A DNA stretch of 64,000 bases from Eledone cirrhosa (Eukaryota): NCBI GenBank assembly GCA_964016885.1, contig OZ024742.1, forward strand, positions 281,666,001-281,730,000, read 5' to 3'. Numbering within the stretch: the first letter of the stretch is position 1; each line of letters begins with the position of its first letter. Shown in pieces: positions 11,870-25,967 of the stretch. A program made the position numbers and the translations under genes. A model generated the notes under the pieces. It saw only the letters and a program-made list of their open reading frames with translations. It searched no databases and had not been told where the DNA came from.

Positions 11870-11936
11870 TTTTATCTGATGAAAACACAAATATTATTGC
11901 ATGATGATGTTTGTTTTTGAAATGCGCATAATAAAA
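11870..11936 (+). ncRNA. Type I hammerhead ribozyme in PLE2 5' pLTR
   Basis: ttttat-CTGATGA-aaacacaaatattattgcatgatgatgtttgttttt-GAAA-tgcgca-TA-ataaaa, with a palindromic stem III. Confidence 0.85.
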
Positions 11937-12142
11937 TACATGGAACTCCTTTAACCATCTTTTGATCTTATATTATGTATACTCCAGTCCTACAAACTGT
12001 AGAGTGCTTCTTATCCGATATCTGCATTGCTTTATTGTACTACAATAAAACTCACCTCCTACATTAACTTGCTCCTTAACGGTTGAGCGCTTACTCTCCT
12101 ATTGGATACCTTTTGATGGTCTTTTACCTCTTCTTCTACAAC

Positions 12143-14544
12143 ATGGATTATTACAACATAACCAATTCAACTAAAGACATTCCTATACCTGGTAAATCTG
12201 AATTCACCAAACTTCTTATTGAAAAAACTGACTCCTTCGTAAGAAGACTTAGATGGACAGCCTATTTCTATGACCAGCGCCTAAAAGGGAACTTCCATAC
12301 CAAAGAATATAACTTCCTCGATCATCTATTTAATTCTAGACGAAATCCTCCTTCCAACAAAAATCTAGTACAATTCGAGGAAGAATTAACTAAAATAATA
12401 AAAAATCTTAAATTCAAGAGATACCCTTACAAAGGACAAGAGCACCTTGTAAATCTCAAGAACACAATTTCTAACCTAAATTCCTCAAAAAATGTTTTAG
12501 TCCACTCTGACAAAACCAATAACTTATATGGTATTTCCAAGGATAATTATAACAACCTTATCCTAAAGGAACTTAGGAAAAAGTATCGTAAAACCAACCA
12601 TGAAAATTTAGAATACATAAACCTTGAAGCCTCTGAGATTATGGCAAAACTTGGCATTGAAAAAAAGACCTAACCATTCCTCCCAAGAACTCCGAGGATA
12701 AATCTCAAGGATCACAAAAACAATTTTCGCACTGAACTACCTGTTAGATTAATCGCCCCCTCTAAATCTGATCTGGGGTTGTTAGTAAAGCCATCTTGGA
12801 TAGAATTATCCCACAGGTTAGTTCTAATTGCTCTTCTTTGAACCTAAATTTATGGTTTGGTACTTCTGAAGTGATTGGCTGGTTCAACAAATTGGATAAT
12901 AAAAACAAACTAAAATTTATTCAATTTGATATTGCCAGCTACTATTCCTCCATTTCGCCTTCACTTCTCAATAATGCTCTATCTTTCGCACTTAAATATT
13001 CTGACATCACCACAGATGAACTTCACATCATCCTCACCGCACGTAAAACCATCCTAGATTTCAACAACGAATATTGGACCAGAGCCGATACCTCTAACAA
13101 CTTCGACATCACAATGGGAGCATCCGATTCATCCCAATTGACTGATTTAATTGGTATCTTCATTTTGAACTCTTTGAGTCGGAAAATTCCTCAACTTCGC
13201 GGTGGAATTTATCGTGACGATGGACTCTTTACTATCCTAAATTGCAATATAGTTAACCTTAATATTATTAAGAACAATATACGTAATCTCTTTAACCAAC
13301 ATAACCTAAAAATTGAATTTGATAATAGTATCAAACTAGCTAATTTCTTGGATGTATCTCTTAATCTTGACACTGGCCTATATTACCCTTACCATAAAAA
13401 CAATGAGAACCTAAATTATGTTAACTTTAAATCTAACCATCCTACCAATATCAAGAATGCTATAGTTAGTAATATTGGAAAAAGAATATCTAACATATCT
13501 TCTAATAAAAACATCTTTGATGCTAACACCAATTACTATAATAACGCACTTTCTAAAGCCGGCTATCCAGATAAAATCAAATATAGTAAAGAAACAAATT
13601 CTAGAAAAACTTACAGTAGAATAATTAATCATGATCATTCCAATAATTTTAATAAAAGACCTAGATACAAAAACATAATCTGGTATAATGCTCCTTTCTC
13701 CATCTCTATTAATAACAATATTCCTAAATTATTTTTTAGTGCCTTAAATAAATGCTTCCCTCCCTCACATATCTATAGCAAAATATTTAACAAACACACC
13801 ATCAAATTTTCTTATTCTACATCCTCCAATATTTCCAACATCATCTCTAAACACAACAATAAAATACTAAATACTAAATCTCTTCCTTCCAACATTAAAT
13901 TTCATAATAACAGTAATAGTACTCCCGACGTCATTGTAAACCCTAGGCTAACTTCTGTAAACCCAAATACAACGTCAAACACAACTTCGCTAAATGTTCA
14001 TAATCCAACTCTAAATCAAGAAACTATTATTCCTATTATTCCTATCGCAAACAACTTCTCCAATCCAATTCCTTCTATAGATAACACTAGGTCACTCATT
14101 AATAATCTCTCTAATTGCAACTGCCGCATTAAAAATAAATGTCCTCTCAACAACCATTGTCTCGATAAAAACTTAATTTATGAATGTAAAGTTATAACTA
14201 GCACCAATTCCTTCACCTATTTTGGCTCCACTTCCACCTCTTTTAAAGCTCGTCTCTATAATCACCATTCATCTTTCAAATACAAACTTAAAAGAACCAA
14301 CACGGCTCTCTCAGAACTCATATGGTCCTTGAAAGACAAAAACATTAAATATACCATCTTTTGGAAGAAGGTTTCTTCTGCATCCTCATACTTGAACAGC
14401 TCTCTATCTAAAATCTGTAATCTCTGCCTAAATGAAAAATTTACCATTATCTCTAATCTAGATTCTATAATAAATAGACGTACAGATTTGTTTTCTATCT
14501 GCCTGCATAAATTCCATAGGACTTTTCACAAAGTATACAGTTAA
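12143..14544 (+). pseudogene. PLE2 RT + GIY-YIG, with an in-frame stop at 12671 and a frameshift near 12780
   Basis: SDKT, LKDHK..F...LPVRLIAPSKSDLG, FDIASYY, ITMG, YRDDG, CNC-x5-C-x5-C linker, IYECKV..YFGST, CNLC. Confidence 0.88.
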
Positions 14545-15575
14545 TATTCAATTCTTTATCAATTTAGAATCTTTTCTCAAAGGCACATATACATACACCT
14601 CTTTAAAATATACCCATCTTCCTACCCTACTTCAAAGGGCATTATACACTCTATAATACTTGTTTACTCATTACCCTTTTTCTATCTTCACCTTGTAAAA
14701 TCCTTCATAACATATACATTTGTTTTTTTGACGTTAGAATATTCATCCGCAATTATTATTATTTTTTCTCTCTATCTTAAAACTTTTTAATCTCAATTTC
14801 ATCCTTAATTTATTATTTTTTTCTCCCCATCAACGAACTCATTCTTAATACATATTAACTCTTTATTCGCACATATTATCAATTCCTTCAATATACAAAC
14901 TTTAACTTCACATTATTTTTCTCAAATCCTTCTACACACAAACCTTAATAATTTTTTCTCTTCGTTAATTTTGAAATTGCCACAATACTTATCAACATAC
15001 ACTTTTTTTGACGTTAGAATATTCATCCACAATTATTATTTTTTCTCTCTATCTTCATACATAAATTCCCTTCGTTAATTTTCAAATTCTTTTAATTTAT
15101 ACATTATCTTCCAACGGTTCTCAACCTCTCTATGTAAAACAATATATCTTTTCTTAGTTATAAAAACTATCTCTTTCTCTCTATCACCCATCTCTCCCTC
15201 TCCACCTTCACTCTCATCTCCTCCCCCTTTTTTATCCTTTCCCCCCCCCCTCCCTAAATAAAATATTTTTTCTTCGTACATATCTTCCCTTCGTTAATTT
15301 TCAAATTCTTTTAATTTATACATTATCTTCCAACTGTTTTCAACCTCTCTATGTAAAACAATATATCTTCTCCCAGTTATAAAAACTATCTCTTTCTCTC
15401 TATCACCCATCTCTCCCTCTCATCTCCTCCCCTTTTTCATCCTTTCCACCCCACCCCCTCTCTAAATAAAATATTTTTCCCAATATCACACATCAATCTA
15501 AAACCACTTTTCATATGTTGATTTAAAACTGCACTATCCACAAGTGTTTTTTAGCCTTCATATCATGTTCTCCTG

Positions 15576-15642
15576 TTTAATCTGATGAAAACACAAATAT
15601 TATTGCATGATGATGTTTGGTTTTGAAATGCGCATAATAAAA
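15576..15642 (+). ncRNA. Type I hammerhead ribozyme in PLE2 3' pLTR
   Basis: Second copy: CTGATGA at 15582, GAAA at 15625, then tgcgca-TA. Confidence 0.8.
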
Positions 15643-15842
15643 TACATGGAACTCCTTTAACCATCTTTTGATCTTATATTATGTATACTCCAGTCCTACA
15701 AACTGTAGAGTGCTTCTTATCCGATATCTGCATTGCTTTATTGTACTACAATAAAACTCATCTCCTACATATATATATATATATACATATATATAGTGAA
15801 GAAACATAAGTCAATTGCATGAATTCATAATCCTTTATTTTT

Positions 15843-15898
15843 ACTGCTATATATATTTCGATGATAGCCATTGAATGGCTATGACCTCATCAGGCAGT
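15843..15898 (-). ncRNA. Type I hammerhead ribozyme in a short orphan PLE-like 3' fragment (about 15797-16110)
   Basis: Minus strand: actgc-CTGATGA-ggtc.atagcca.ttcaa.tggctat.catc-GAAA-tatata-TA-gcagt, followed by AATAAA and (TA)n. Confidence 0.85.
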
Positions 15899-16253
15899 TA
15901 GTCAGTTCTTAGATATGCCAGATATGTTTATATGGGAAATATGAGCTTGTTAGGAATAATTTTATGTTGTCAGCAGGAATAATCTTAATTCTCATTGGTC
16001 AGATGCTAGTAGGGTTGGTATTTAACCTCAAAGAGGCAGGTGGTGTTGTAAAGTTCAAATCGTCAGGCAAGATGACAATAGTTCCATATGACTGATTTTC
16101 ACAAAAAGCATATATATATATATTTATATATATATATATAGTAGTGAAAGGGTGAAGAATAACATGCTCGGCTGTACAAAAAAGTTTTTATCTATAGTAT
16201 TAACAATTGTTTCATTAATCTAACTGGATTACCTAAAACGATAACTTGTTATC

Positions 16254-16296
<43 letters not shown>

Positions 16297-16427
16297 TATC
16301 GTTCAGAAAAGACCTGATAGCAGCCAACATCACTTGGTACGGACGTGAAAAAAAGCCGCCGCTGATCGTTACCGTTGGCGACTACTACTGCTCGATCCGT
16401 CGCACGGCGCGGACGAACCTAAGACCA

Positions 16428-16468
<41 letters not shown>

Positions 16469-17505
16469 CTCATTCGTCCTCATATTTCAATTAAGCCCCA
16501 TTTATGAATGTGTTAAGAGGAAAAGTGTTTGGGGAATAGTATGTTAGTATGTGCACTTTATTGACATGCCGAGTTCCATTAACAGCCTTATGGGTGTATA
16601 TTTCTCTCCCACCCCCTAACACTGTAATTCTCTCTCTCTTACTCTGTCGCTCGCTTCTTCTGCCCCCCCCTCTCTCTTTCTTTCTCTTGTTCATTTAACA
16701 CTATTGTAAATGGATATTTTACTCGAAATACCAGGGCTAATTAAATATTTATCAGCTAACATTTCAATATCGTACACATGTGGAATCATTCATCATATAT
16801 TCACATACGTAATGCCACTGGGTGTATTCATATAGTGCGGTTGACTGCATGTTTATGAATCGTATGTGAAACACTTCTCAATCCATGTTAAATATATACA
16901 TAATAGATTACGTAGTGCATTAAAGCACAATTCGTTAATCACATGTGGCAAACACAGTATAATATTTCAGGTGAATAACGATATGTAAAGGTACTCAGGG
17001 TCTTTCTTACACTTAAATACACTTAATTACACTTAACCTTATTAAACTGTTTGTGTACATTGTTATTCATAGTCTCCAACAATCTTACAAACTGAAAATA
17101 TATATTAGCTGAGTTTGTGATTGAACACGGGGTGTTGAAGATTCCACCTAAAAAACGTGCACCACCAAAAATGACGTTTAGACTAATATCGCTTCTAGGC
17201 GTTAGTTGAAAAACCCGCTGCATATTCAAATAAACGTGCCTTTGGGTATTGTCATCTTGTAAGTACATTATTCTTGTATTTAAGCATGTGAACAGTAATT
17301 GCAACATGTGGGTTTATATTCTCTACATATTTTACTTCTATATAGCTGCAAATCACTGCTATTATGCTTAATATTAATATTTTTCTCAGCTATATTTATA
17401 ATCCTCTCAGTATTAGGAACTTTGTGTGGCATTTATTTCTGTTATTTGCTTATTATCGCATGCCTATTTGATAAGGGGACAATTATTCCCCAAGTCTAAA
17501 AGTTT

Positions 17506-17631
17506 ATTTCCTGAGGAAACCTTTGGAATGTAATTACCATTTCTGTCGATATAATTAATCGATTCACGTATCGGGTAATTTTTCCAGGTGATTACAATTA
17601 CATTTCAATAAATCGAAACGATCATAGAAAT
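17506..17631 (+). ncRNA. Candidate hammerhead with long stem II (degenerate)
   Basis: atttc-CTGAGGA-(97 nt including ttggaatgtaatt/aattacatttcaa)-GAAA-cgatca-TA-gaaat. (TA)n begins about 50 nt downstream. Confidence 0.55.
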
Positions 17632-17678
17632 TGATAAATGATTTGAACATTATAAAGTCATTGGGTATTCACATGAAC

Positions 17679-17824
<146 letters not shown>

Positions 17825-17909
17825 CATGTATATAGGTAGGTATCTATCAATCTATTTCTCTATCTATCTGTGTCTCTTTCTCTCTCTCTCTATATATATA
17901 TATATATGT

Positions 17910-19645
17910 TGCCTGGCGGGATATTCGTCTCGGCGGTAGTTCCCCCATCGCCCGCCACTTTGGCGCCCCTGGACATTCCGCGCACCACCTCACAGTCTGT
18001 GGCCTACTCCAATGCCACGGAACACCCGCCACCCTCCTCAGGGTCGAACAACGCACCATATTCACCCTACAGACCCACACTCCCCCCGGCCTGAACTCCC
18101 CACCCATATTCCTTTAGCCTTCGACCGCCATGCCCCCCACACACACACATATCCCCCACTAACACCACTAACACACCCCTCATTTTCACCGCCCACCCCA
18201 CAACTAACACCCCCCATCCCACACCCGACCACCCTTCCCCAACTACTAACACCCCTCCTTTCACCCCCCCCCTTATCACGCACACACCCACCGGTACATA
18301 TATACACGCACTAACACTAACCACACACCCTACTACCACCACTATCTCTCACACCCACACATCCACTCCCATCACCCCACAACTAATACAACTAACACCC
18401 CCACCCCCACCCCACGCCCACGAACACACACACACTTACACCACCCATTCTACACACCCTACCACCACTTATCCCCACTATCACCCACATTCAACCCTTC
18501 CCCACCACCAGTATACTAACACCCCCTTCACCACACACACACTCATCCAAACACGCACACACACACCAGTACACTACACTCCCTCCACCGGCCCCCACAC
18601 CTTTCCCCTCCCCCATTCCCCTCCCCGCTCCAACCACACCCTTTCACACACACACACACACACATCCCACTAACACCTCTATTAATACACCCCCCTCCAG
18701 ACTCCACATTTCACGCCTACCCATCCTCTCCCCTGTCCACCGCACCTCCGCACACACTGACACACCGACTTTCTCCACCTGCCATTCTCCCCGACTGCTG
18801 CTATGCCCTGTCTCTCTGACCACCTCTCCGCACACACATACACACAACCCTCGTCCTGCCTTGACCCTCTAACCACTTACCGTTGCGCGCGCACCCCACA
18901 TCTCCCCTCTTCCGACCAACCCAACCATGGATTACACACACGAATCAACTCCATCACAAGGAAATTACCAGGCATATCACCACATCCGCTACGGAATTAC
19001 CTTAGGAACTCACCCACGGACATACACTAAAAAAAAAATTTTCCCACACGCCACCTACATCCACAATACGTATAAACACCACACACACGTGGGTACCACC
19101 ACATATTTACACACTCAGCCTCCGGAATCCTCTCCTCCACTCCCCCACCCCTCTGAGCCCTCCCCATCCACACACGCACACACACACCGACCTAAACCCC
19201 ACCACAGACACCTTTTCCTGAATATGCAACCCCGTTCTTCCCCCAACTCTCAAATTCACATACACACACACACACACGTACACCTACAGACACACACCAC
19301 CTTCAGCCCTCCCCGCTCGGACACCCCGCCTCCTCTCCCCACTCCACCCGCTACCACCCCTACACGCCCCACACCCTTCCACCACTTGTTTTACTTCATG
19401 TTTATTTTTATTATGCTTTCATATTTATTTTCATTTGTACCGTTTCTTCTCACCACCTTTCTTCTAAATGTCTCTCCCCCACTCCCCTACACACCCTTGG
19501 AACTCTCTTCCCACACACTTTTCGCCTGAACAAGGGCTTATGCCCGAAACGTCGTCCCCACCACCACCCCACTCTCAAGAGCGTGAAACTAATAAACCTT
19601 TGTTCGTACTGCCTCTCTGTTTTGTTCCCGTTCAATGTTTCACTA
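17910..19645 (+). mobile_element. 5'-truncated copy of C-rich PLE3 (endonuclease C-terminus, 3' UTR, mutated HHR at 19526-19553)
   Basis: Homologous to about 35165-36842. CTGAACA-agggcttatgccc-GAAA-cgtc. Flanked by (TA)n. Confidence 0.85.
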
Positions 19646-20226
19646 TATATATATATATATATATATATGTAAATATGAGAAAAACGTGCTGCGGGGTTGC
19701 TAATGGGTTACATATGAATAAAGTTAGTCCTTCATCAGTGATCTTCCAACCATCATTGGTATTTCATCGCTTTAAAGACCATATACCTCCGGTTGGTGCG
19801 AGCAACGGCTAAAAAAAGTCGTTGGGACACGTAATTAAAGGGGACACGAGTGTAAACAAACACAATGGTGAAGCAACGAAAAGTGAGGATGAAGGAGTCA
19901 AGTCCCAAATTTCTATGAATTTGAATTCGGTGAAATCGTGAACGAGAGAGAATAAAGACCATCAAGCCTGGTTGGAATGTAAGCAAGGAAGGAATCCCGT
20001 ACAGGTCTAACGGGAGGAAGAAGGGATCTAGTCTGTGATTTCGGTGAACGTAAGTTCTGTGAAATTGTAGACGAGAGAGATAGTAATAATAGTAAATTTG
20101 ATGACTAAAATCCAAAGAGGGCTCGATAAGGATAAATATATAAGAACCGTTAAGGGTGAAAGCGGCGAATCTTTGCTTAAACTTTAATCTGTTATTTTAA
20201 TAAATAAATATATATGTATAAATATG

Positions 20227-20283
<57 letters not shown>

Positions 20284-20650
20284 TATATATATATATATTT
20301 ACAAACATACGTACTTACATACTTATCAGTAATTTCTCTTCCTCCCTTTTCCAAAATATATATACACTCATGCATACGTACACATATATATTGATTCAAT
20401 ACAAATAATATATCTATGTCAATTTACAACCGGTGACCCCTTGACCCTCTTACAGATATACAAACAAACCACCCCATGCACTTAGTCAGCGTATACTTGA
20501 ACACCGACCAACCAAAGAATTTGTTTTATATTTGTGATATATTATTGTTTTGTATTTGTAAATTTCTACTTTAATATCATTAATTCAACAACCATAAAAA
20601 CTTTGATTAATGTATTCCTGTAACCTTCTATGTATTATATGTACATATAC

Positions 20651-20719
<69 letters not shown>

Positions 20720-20799
20720 GGGGGGGGGTATAACTTTGATAACTTTGATAGGTTTCGCACAGTATTGGCCCAGGCCTTGTCTAATTTAATAGCACCACC

Positions 20800-21562
20800 T
20801 GGCGAAGTCTTACAAATTAGTGTTTGGGCAACATGGCACTCGAGCAGAGAGTTATTGTTTACGGAGGCATATCCGGGTGTAGGAGGCTTATCCGGGATTT
20901 CTTGAAGGAATTTATCCAAAGACTTCTTGAAATTGATGGGGTCTGTCTCTGCATGGATGTGTTTTGGTGTAATGTTAAAGAGTGCAGGGCCAATTGAGGT
21001 GAAATAATTGTGCCGTATTGTTGTTATGAGATGCGAGTGAGATTTTTGTCTTGGGCGGATAGCACGGGGCGCAAGCCTTGGGTGTACATTAAAGGTGATG
21101 CCAACATCATTTGGGCAAAGCTGATGGAATATTTTCCACATCATGCAGATTATGTAGCGCTCACGGCGAGGTTGGAGAGAATAAAGGTTGAGCTTTTCTA
21201 ATCGATTCCAATAGTCAAAGCCTGTCATGCCATCTATCTTTTTTTGTAATTGACCTTTGGGGTGCTTCAACTTTCATGATAATTTGTTTCGTGTGGTGTG
21301 ACCACAGTGGACAACAGTATTCAAGGTGGGGTCGGGCAAAAGTGGAGAAGAGAAGGATAACAGTATGGATATCTCTCGACTGGAAAGTTCTGAAAATCCA
21401 GGAACACATTCTGCGGGCCATATTAACTTTGCTGTTTATGAGTGGCTCAGCTTATGTTGTTGTCCACAATTACTCCCAGGTCTCTGATGTTATTGGATGC
21501 CACTAAAGTTTCACCCGAAGGAAGAGAGTATGGTAGTTTCAGGGCAACCTTTTTTCCAAAGT
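20800..21562 (-). mobile_element. CR1/L2-group LINE 3' fragment
   Basis: ..FARPHLEYCCPLWS..E.PQR..TKKIDGM...DYWNRLEKLNLYSLQ.RRERY.. is typical of the CR1/L2 RT C-terminus. Frameshifted. Confidence 0.75.
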
Positions 21563-21564
21563 GG

Positions 21565-22092
<528 letters not shown>

Positions 22093-22629
22093 GCTGTGTA
22101 ATATTGTATACATTAATTTCAATTCTTATTATTAATAACTGCATTGTTTTTTTCCAAGAATGATGTTGAAAAATAAACCTCATTTGATTATTTTCTGAAA
22201 GTATTTTAGTCAACCTATGAACGATTCAGCCTATGAACTTTTCAACCAACCCTCATAAAATATATTCAACCTTAAATGTGTCTCGAGAAGGCTCTACTAT
22301 TGATCGAACATTCAGAACACTCATTATCTCACTCTGTCAACATGTTTATTTTATTTCCAAACCCACTTACTATTTATTTTATCGAGCAGACTATTCCATT
22401 GATCGAACAACTGTAACACTCATCGGCGAAACCAACGGTGGTCCATTCCATTCCACCAGTACTAGTTGTATTATAAATTTATCTCTGATCCCTCTCTATT
22501 TGCTACAGCCATCTAATTCATGTGCAACTCTACGTTTAGTTAACGTGCAATCTATTCCATTGATTGGACAACCGAGACACCGTTGAAAACGACAGAGATT
22601 CATTCATTTATTATCACAACTGTCATTAA

Positions 22630-23282
22630 ATTGGCAGTATCGGTAGAAGGTCAGACGCCGTGATTTACAGCATAAAGTTACGGGACTTTACGGCCTGAGT
22701 TCAAATCCCACGAAGGTTAACGTTGCCTTTCATCCTTACGGGGTCGATAAAATAAAGCACCAGTAATACACTGGCATAATTGACGGCCTTGTGCTGAAAG
22801 TAGAAACAATTATTACCACTACTGGCAGAATCGGTGATCGTCGGACAATATTTTTCGTGGCATAGAGTTACGTACCTTTACCTTCTGAGTTCTAATCTTG
22901 CCTAGGTTCGCTTTGTCTTTCAATCTTACGGGTCGATGAAATAAAAACACTAGCAATGCACTGGAGTAGATTTAATCGACTTTCCCCAATTCCTAAATAT
23001 GTTGGCCTTGTGCCTAAATCAGAAACCCTTGTGCCAAAAGTAGAAACAATTATTACCCCAACTGGCGGAATCGGTGGATCATCGGACAATATGCTTTGCG
23101 GAATAGAGTTATGACCCTTTAATTTCTGAGTTCTAATCCCGCCAAGGCTAGCTTTGCCTTTCATCCTTATGTGGTCGATAAAATAAAAGCACTAGTAATG
23201 CACTAAGGTAGATTTAAACGGCATTCTCCCACACCTTGTGCCTAATTCAGAAATCATTATTACCACCATTCAGACCAGGTTG
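22630..23282 (+). mobile_element. Three head-to-tail S1 SINE copies
   Basis: Heads at about 22630, 22820 and 23060, each with box A/B and the conserved body. Confidence 0.8.
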
Positions 23283-23284
23283 AA

Positions 23285-23728
23285 AGGAGTGAAGACAGAC
23301 ACTTTTCTCTTCGGCCAATCCCTCATTAATTTTTTCAAGTTTCATCTCAGGGATATGAGGGTAGAGAGACAAGTGCTTCCCCCCCCCCAGTATATTTGCT
23401 GAAAGGTGGGTGAATGTGGCGAGAATGGCCCGTGTGAGTGGGCCTACTCTCATCATGCGCATGTAAGTAGGTAAATTTGAGCAAGAGAGGAGTGCCCTTC
23501 CCGGGCACTCTCAAAGCGTCGGGTGGTTGAGGATTAGTGGGGTACCTGAGTGAACCCTGAGAGGTTATCCACCCTATTGGGGAATTGTCTTGTTGTTTTT
23601 TTATTATTTTTCTATTGTTATTTATATTGTTTACACGTTGTATATGTAAAACCCCACTGTCCCTATCTTTTGTATTGTCCCCTATATGTCGGCCCCTGTG
23701 GACAATAAATGAAACTATTATTACCACC
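23285..23728 (+). mobile_element. Probable LINE 3' end (L1/Tx1-like)
   Basis: ..INFFKFHL..RVERQVL...FAERW.. followed by a 3' UTR ending aataaatgaaactattatta. Confidence 0.4.
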
Positions 23729-24199
23729 CCTCATTTTTTTTAAAGTAATTTCTCATCTATCTATTTTTTTTTTTTTTTTTACCTTACGCTATGAAGTTAC
23801 TGTCTCTGCTTCAAAATGTTCTCAGCAGGTTGTTAATTTGATGAAATAACTGGAACGCTCATTGTCGAAACTAACGTTTCTCGATTCCACCACTACTGGT
23901 CTGGTCTCTTCCCATCCAGTTTGCTTATGTTTCGGGACCATGGACAGTTTCACAAAGACTCATCTATATTATTTTATATGTCCACGATTCTCATGAGGAA
24001 AAACGTGGTTTCGGTGGATTCTGAATTATCTTCCGACCGTTAATTGGAAGCTGGCTACCAAGCTGCTGCTGATCCGCCTTTCTCACAAGGATAAAGCTGT
24101 TGGCCACTGCTAGTTATGTTCAAAAGTCATTTTTCATGAGTCTATATTTGTTACATTACGCTATCATCCTACTAAGAATTTTTGAAAATAATCCCTCTT

Positions 24200-24617
24200 C
24201 GCACCAGTCCCCGTTTGGACCTCAGGCGTACTCAGTCGAGCTCCTCCAAAAGATCGGAACGTCGGCGGCTCGTCTGAGGAGGGTTCCCCGCGAGGTGGGG
24301 TGGGTGGTGCAGCGGGTGTCGCTGGCCATTACGGTCCTGTCCGCGGGGCGCAGCCCCTCCACCGCTGCACCCTAGGCCCTGAGCCCAATCCCCCCCTTTC
24401 CCCTCCCCATTCTTCTGTGAGACTATAATCCTTGCCATTTCTTCCCCTTCCCGTTTTTATTCTTTCGTATTCCCTTTTTTTCTATATTTTCCTATTTTAT
24501 ATTCCATTCTTCCCAACCTAAATTTTCTTTTTTTTTCTATTTCTATTGAATTGTATTTACACGATATATTCCATAAATTAAATTTCAATATATCATATAA
24601 AAAAAAACAAAAAAAAA
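24200..24617 (+). mobile_element. Probable RLE-type (CRE-like) LINE 3' end
   Basis: GC-rich ..FGPQA..LLQKIG....PREVGWVVQRVSLAI.. resembles the end of a restriction-like endonuclease domain. A-rich tail. Confidence 0.45.
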
Positions 24618-25351
24618 CTTCTACATTAATTTCATAACCAGGTTGATCAGTCGATCGAACGACAGATACTGTCACCATTGAAATAGACGGAAGTCCATTC
24701 TGTTCCATTACACAACTACTAACTTTGCTACCTCACTCTGTCAACGTATTGACCCTACTTTAAAAGTCACAAATACAACTAAAAATTCTACTTTCCTTCA
24801 GGTCACGAGGTAAGTTGTGTGTTAAATTTCACATAAAATTTACACTCAGTTCAGATTAATATCGCAAACATTTCGACGAGAGTTTCCCAAATGTCAACAC
24901 TTCAGAGAAAGACTTACAAATATAATTGCGTTTTATCATTGAGTTATTTTTGTTGTTGTTTGTTGCTTCTTTTATGATGATCGGTGTGGTGTGATTGTGG
25001 TTGTAGTGGTGAAGAAGAGTAGGATAAGGAGGAGGAGGGGGGGGAGAAGACGAAGGAGGGGGAGAAGAAGAGGAAGAAGAGAGTCTATCTTCTGTTTTTA
25101 ATGGGTATTTGTTTTATGGACTCCGGAAGAAAAACTTAATTAAAGATAATCAAAGCCGATATCATCGGGATGTGAACTCCCGTCATATAATAAAAGAATA
25201 AAGGGGTACATATAAATACTGAATGACTCCCCACTACCCATCAATATATTATTAAAAATTATCATTTTGATTTTCTTACTGTGACAATAATGCTGAATCA
25301 GAGAAATAGCTAAGACGAAAGACAATGCAGTCTGAACGATATGTATATATG

Positions 25352-25415
<64 letters not shown>

Positions 25416-25511
25416 TAGATATTATATATATGTATATATATATGCATGTATATATATATATACATATATATATACATATATATTATATATATGTATATAT
25501 ATATGTATGTA

Positions 25512-25543
<32 letters not shown>

Positions 25544-25828
25544 CATACATATATGTATATATATATATTTTTTTATATATATGTATATATATATGTATGT
25601 GTATATATATATATGTATATATATACATACATATGTATATATATATATAATATATATACTCCGTCATCCTTGTTTTTAGGAAGTAATACGACATTGAGTG
25701 CTAGAGGTGAATTGCATCCTTATATACCGAATGTATATATATATATATATAAAACAAAGGAATTGTGGTAAGGAACCAGATGGACCATAACGCACCAGAG
25801 TACTCAATACTTAGGGTAGTAGAGTGGG

Positions 25829-25967
25829 AAATAGAAAAAAGTATGACCCCGACGGCAGAGCTCAAGCCGTTGCTATTTCTGGACTGAAATAGCCGTCGAA
25901 ATATTCCAGAAATAGCCGTCGAAACGGCTTGAGCTCTGCCGTCAGGGTCATACTTTTTCCTATATTT
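25829..25967. repeat. Short fold-back / MITE-like inverted repeat
   Basis: aaaaagtatgacccc.gacggcagagctcaagccgtt pairs with aacggcttgagctctgccgtc.agggtcatacttttt. Inner gctatttctgga/tccagaaatagc pair. Confidence 0.8.

Larger units (their letters stand above)
11142..15770 (+). mobile_element. Penelope-like element PLE2 (tentatively Hydra-clade-like) with two pseudo-LTRs and a 5' inverted segment
   Basis: 11142-11365 is the reverse complement of about 14779-15008. The 5' pLTR (about 11366-12064) repeats at about 15085-15770. Ends ctcctacat followed by (TA)n. Confidence 0.9.
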
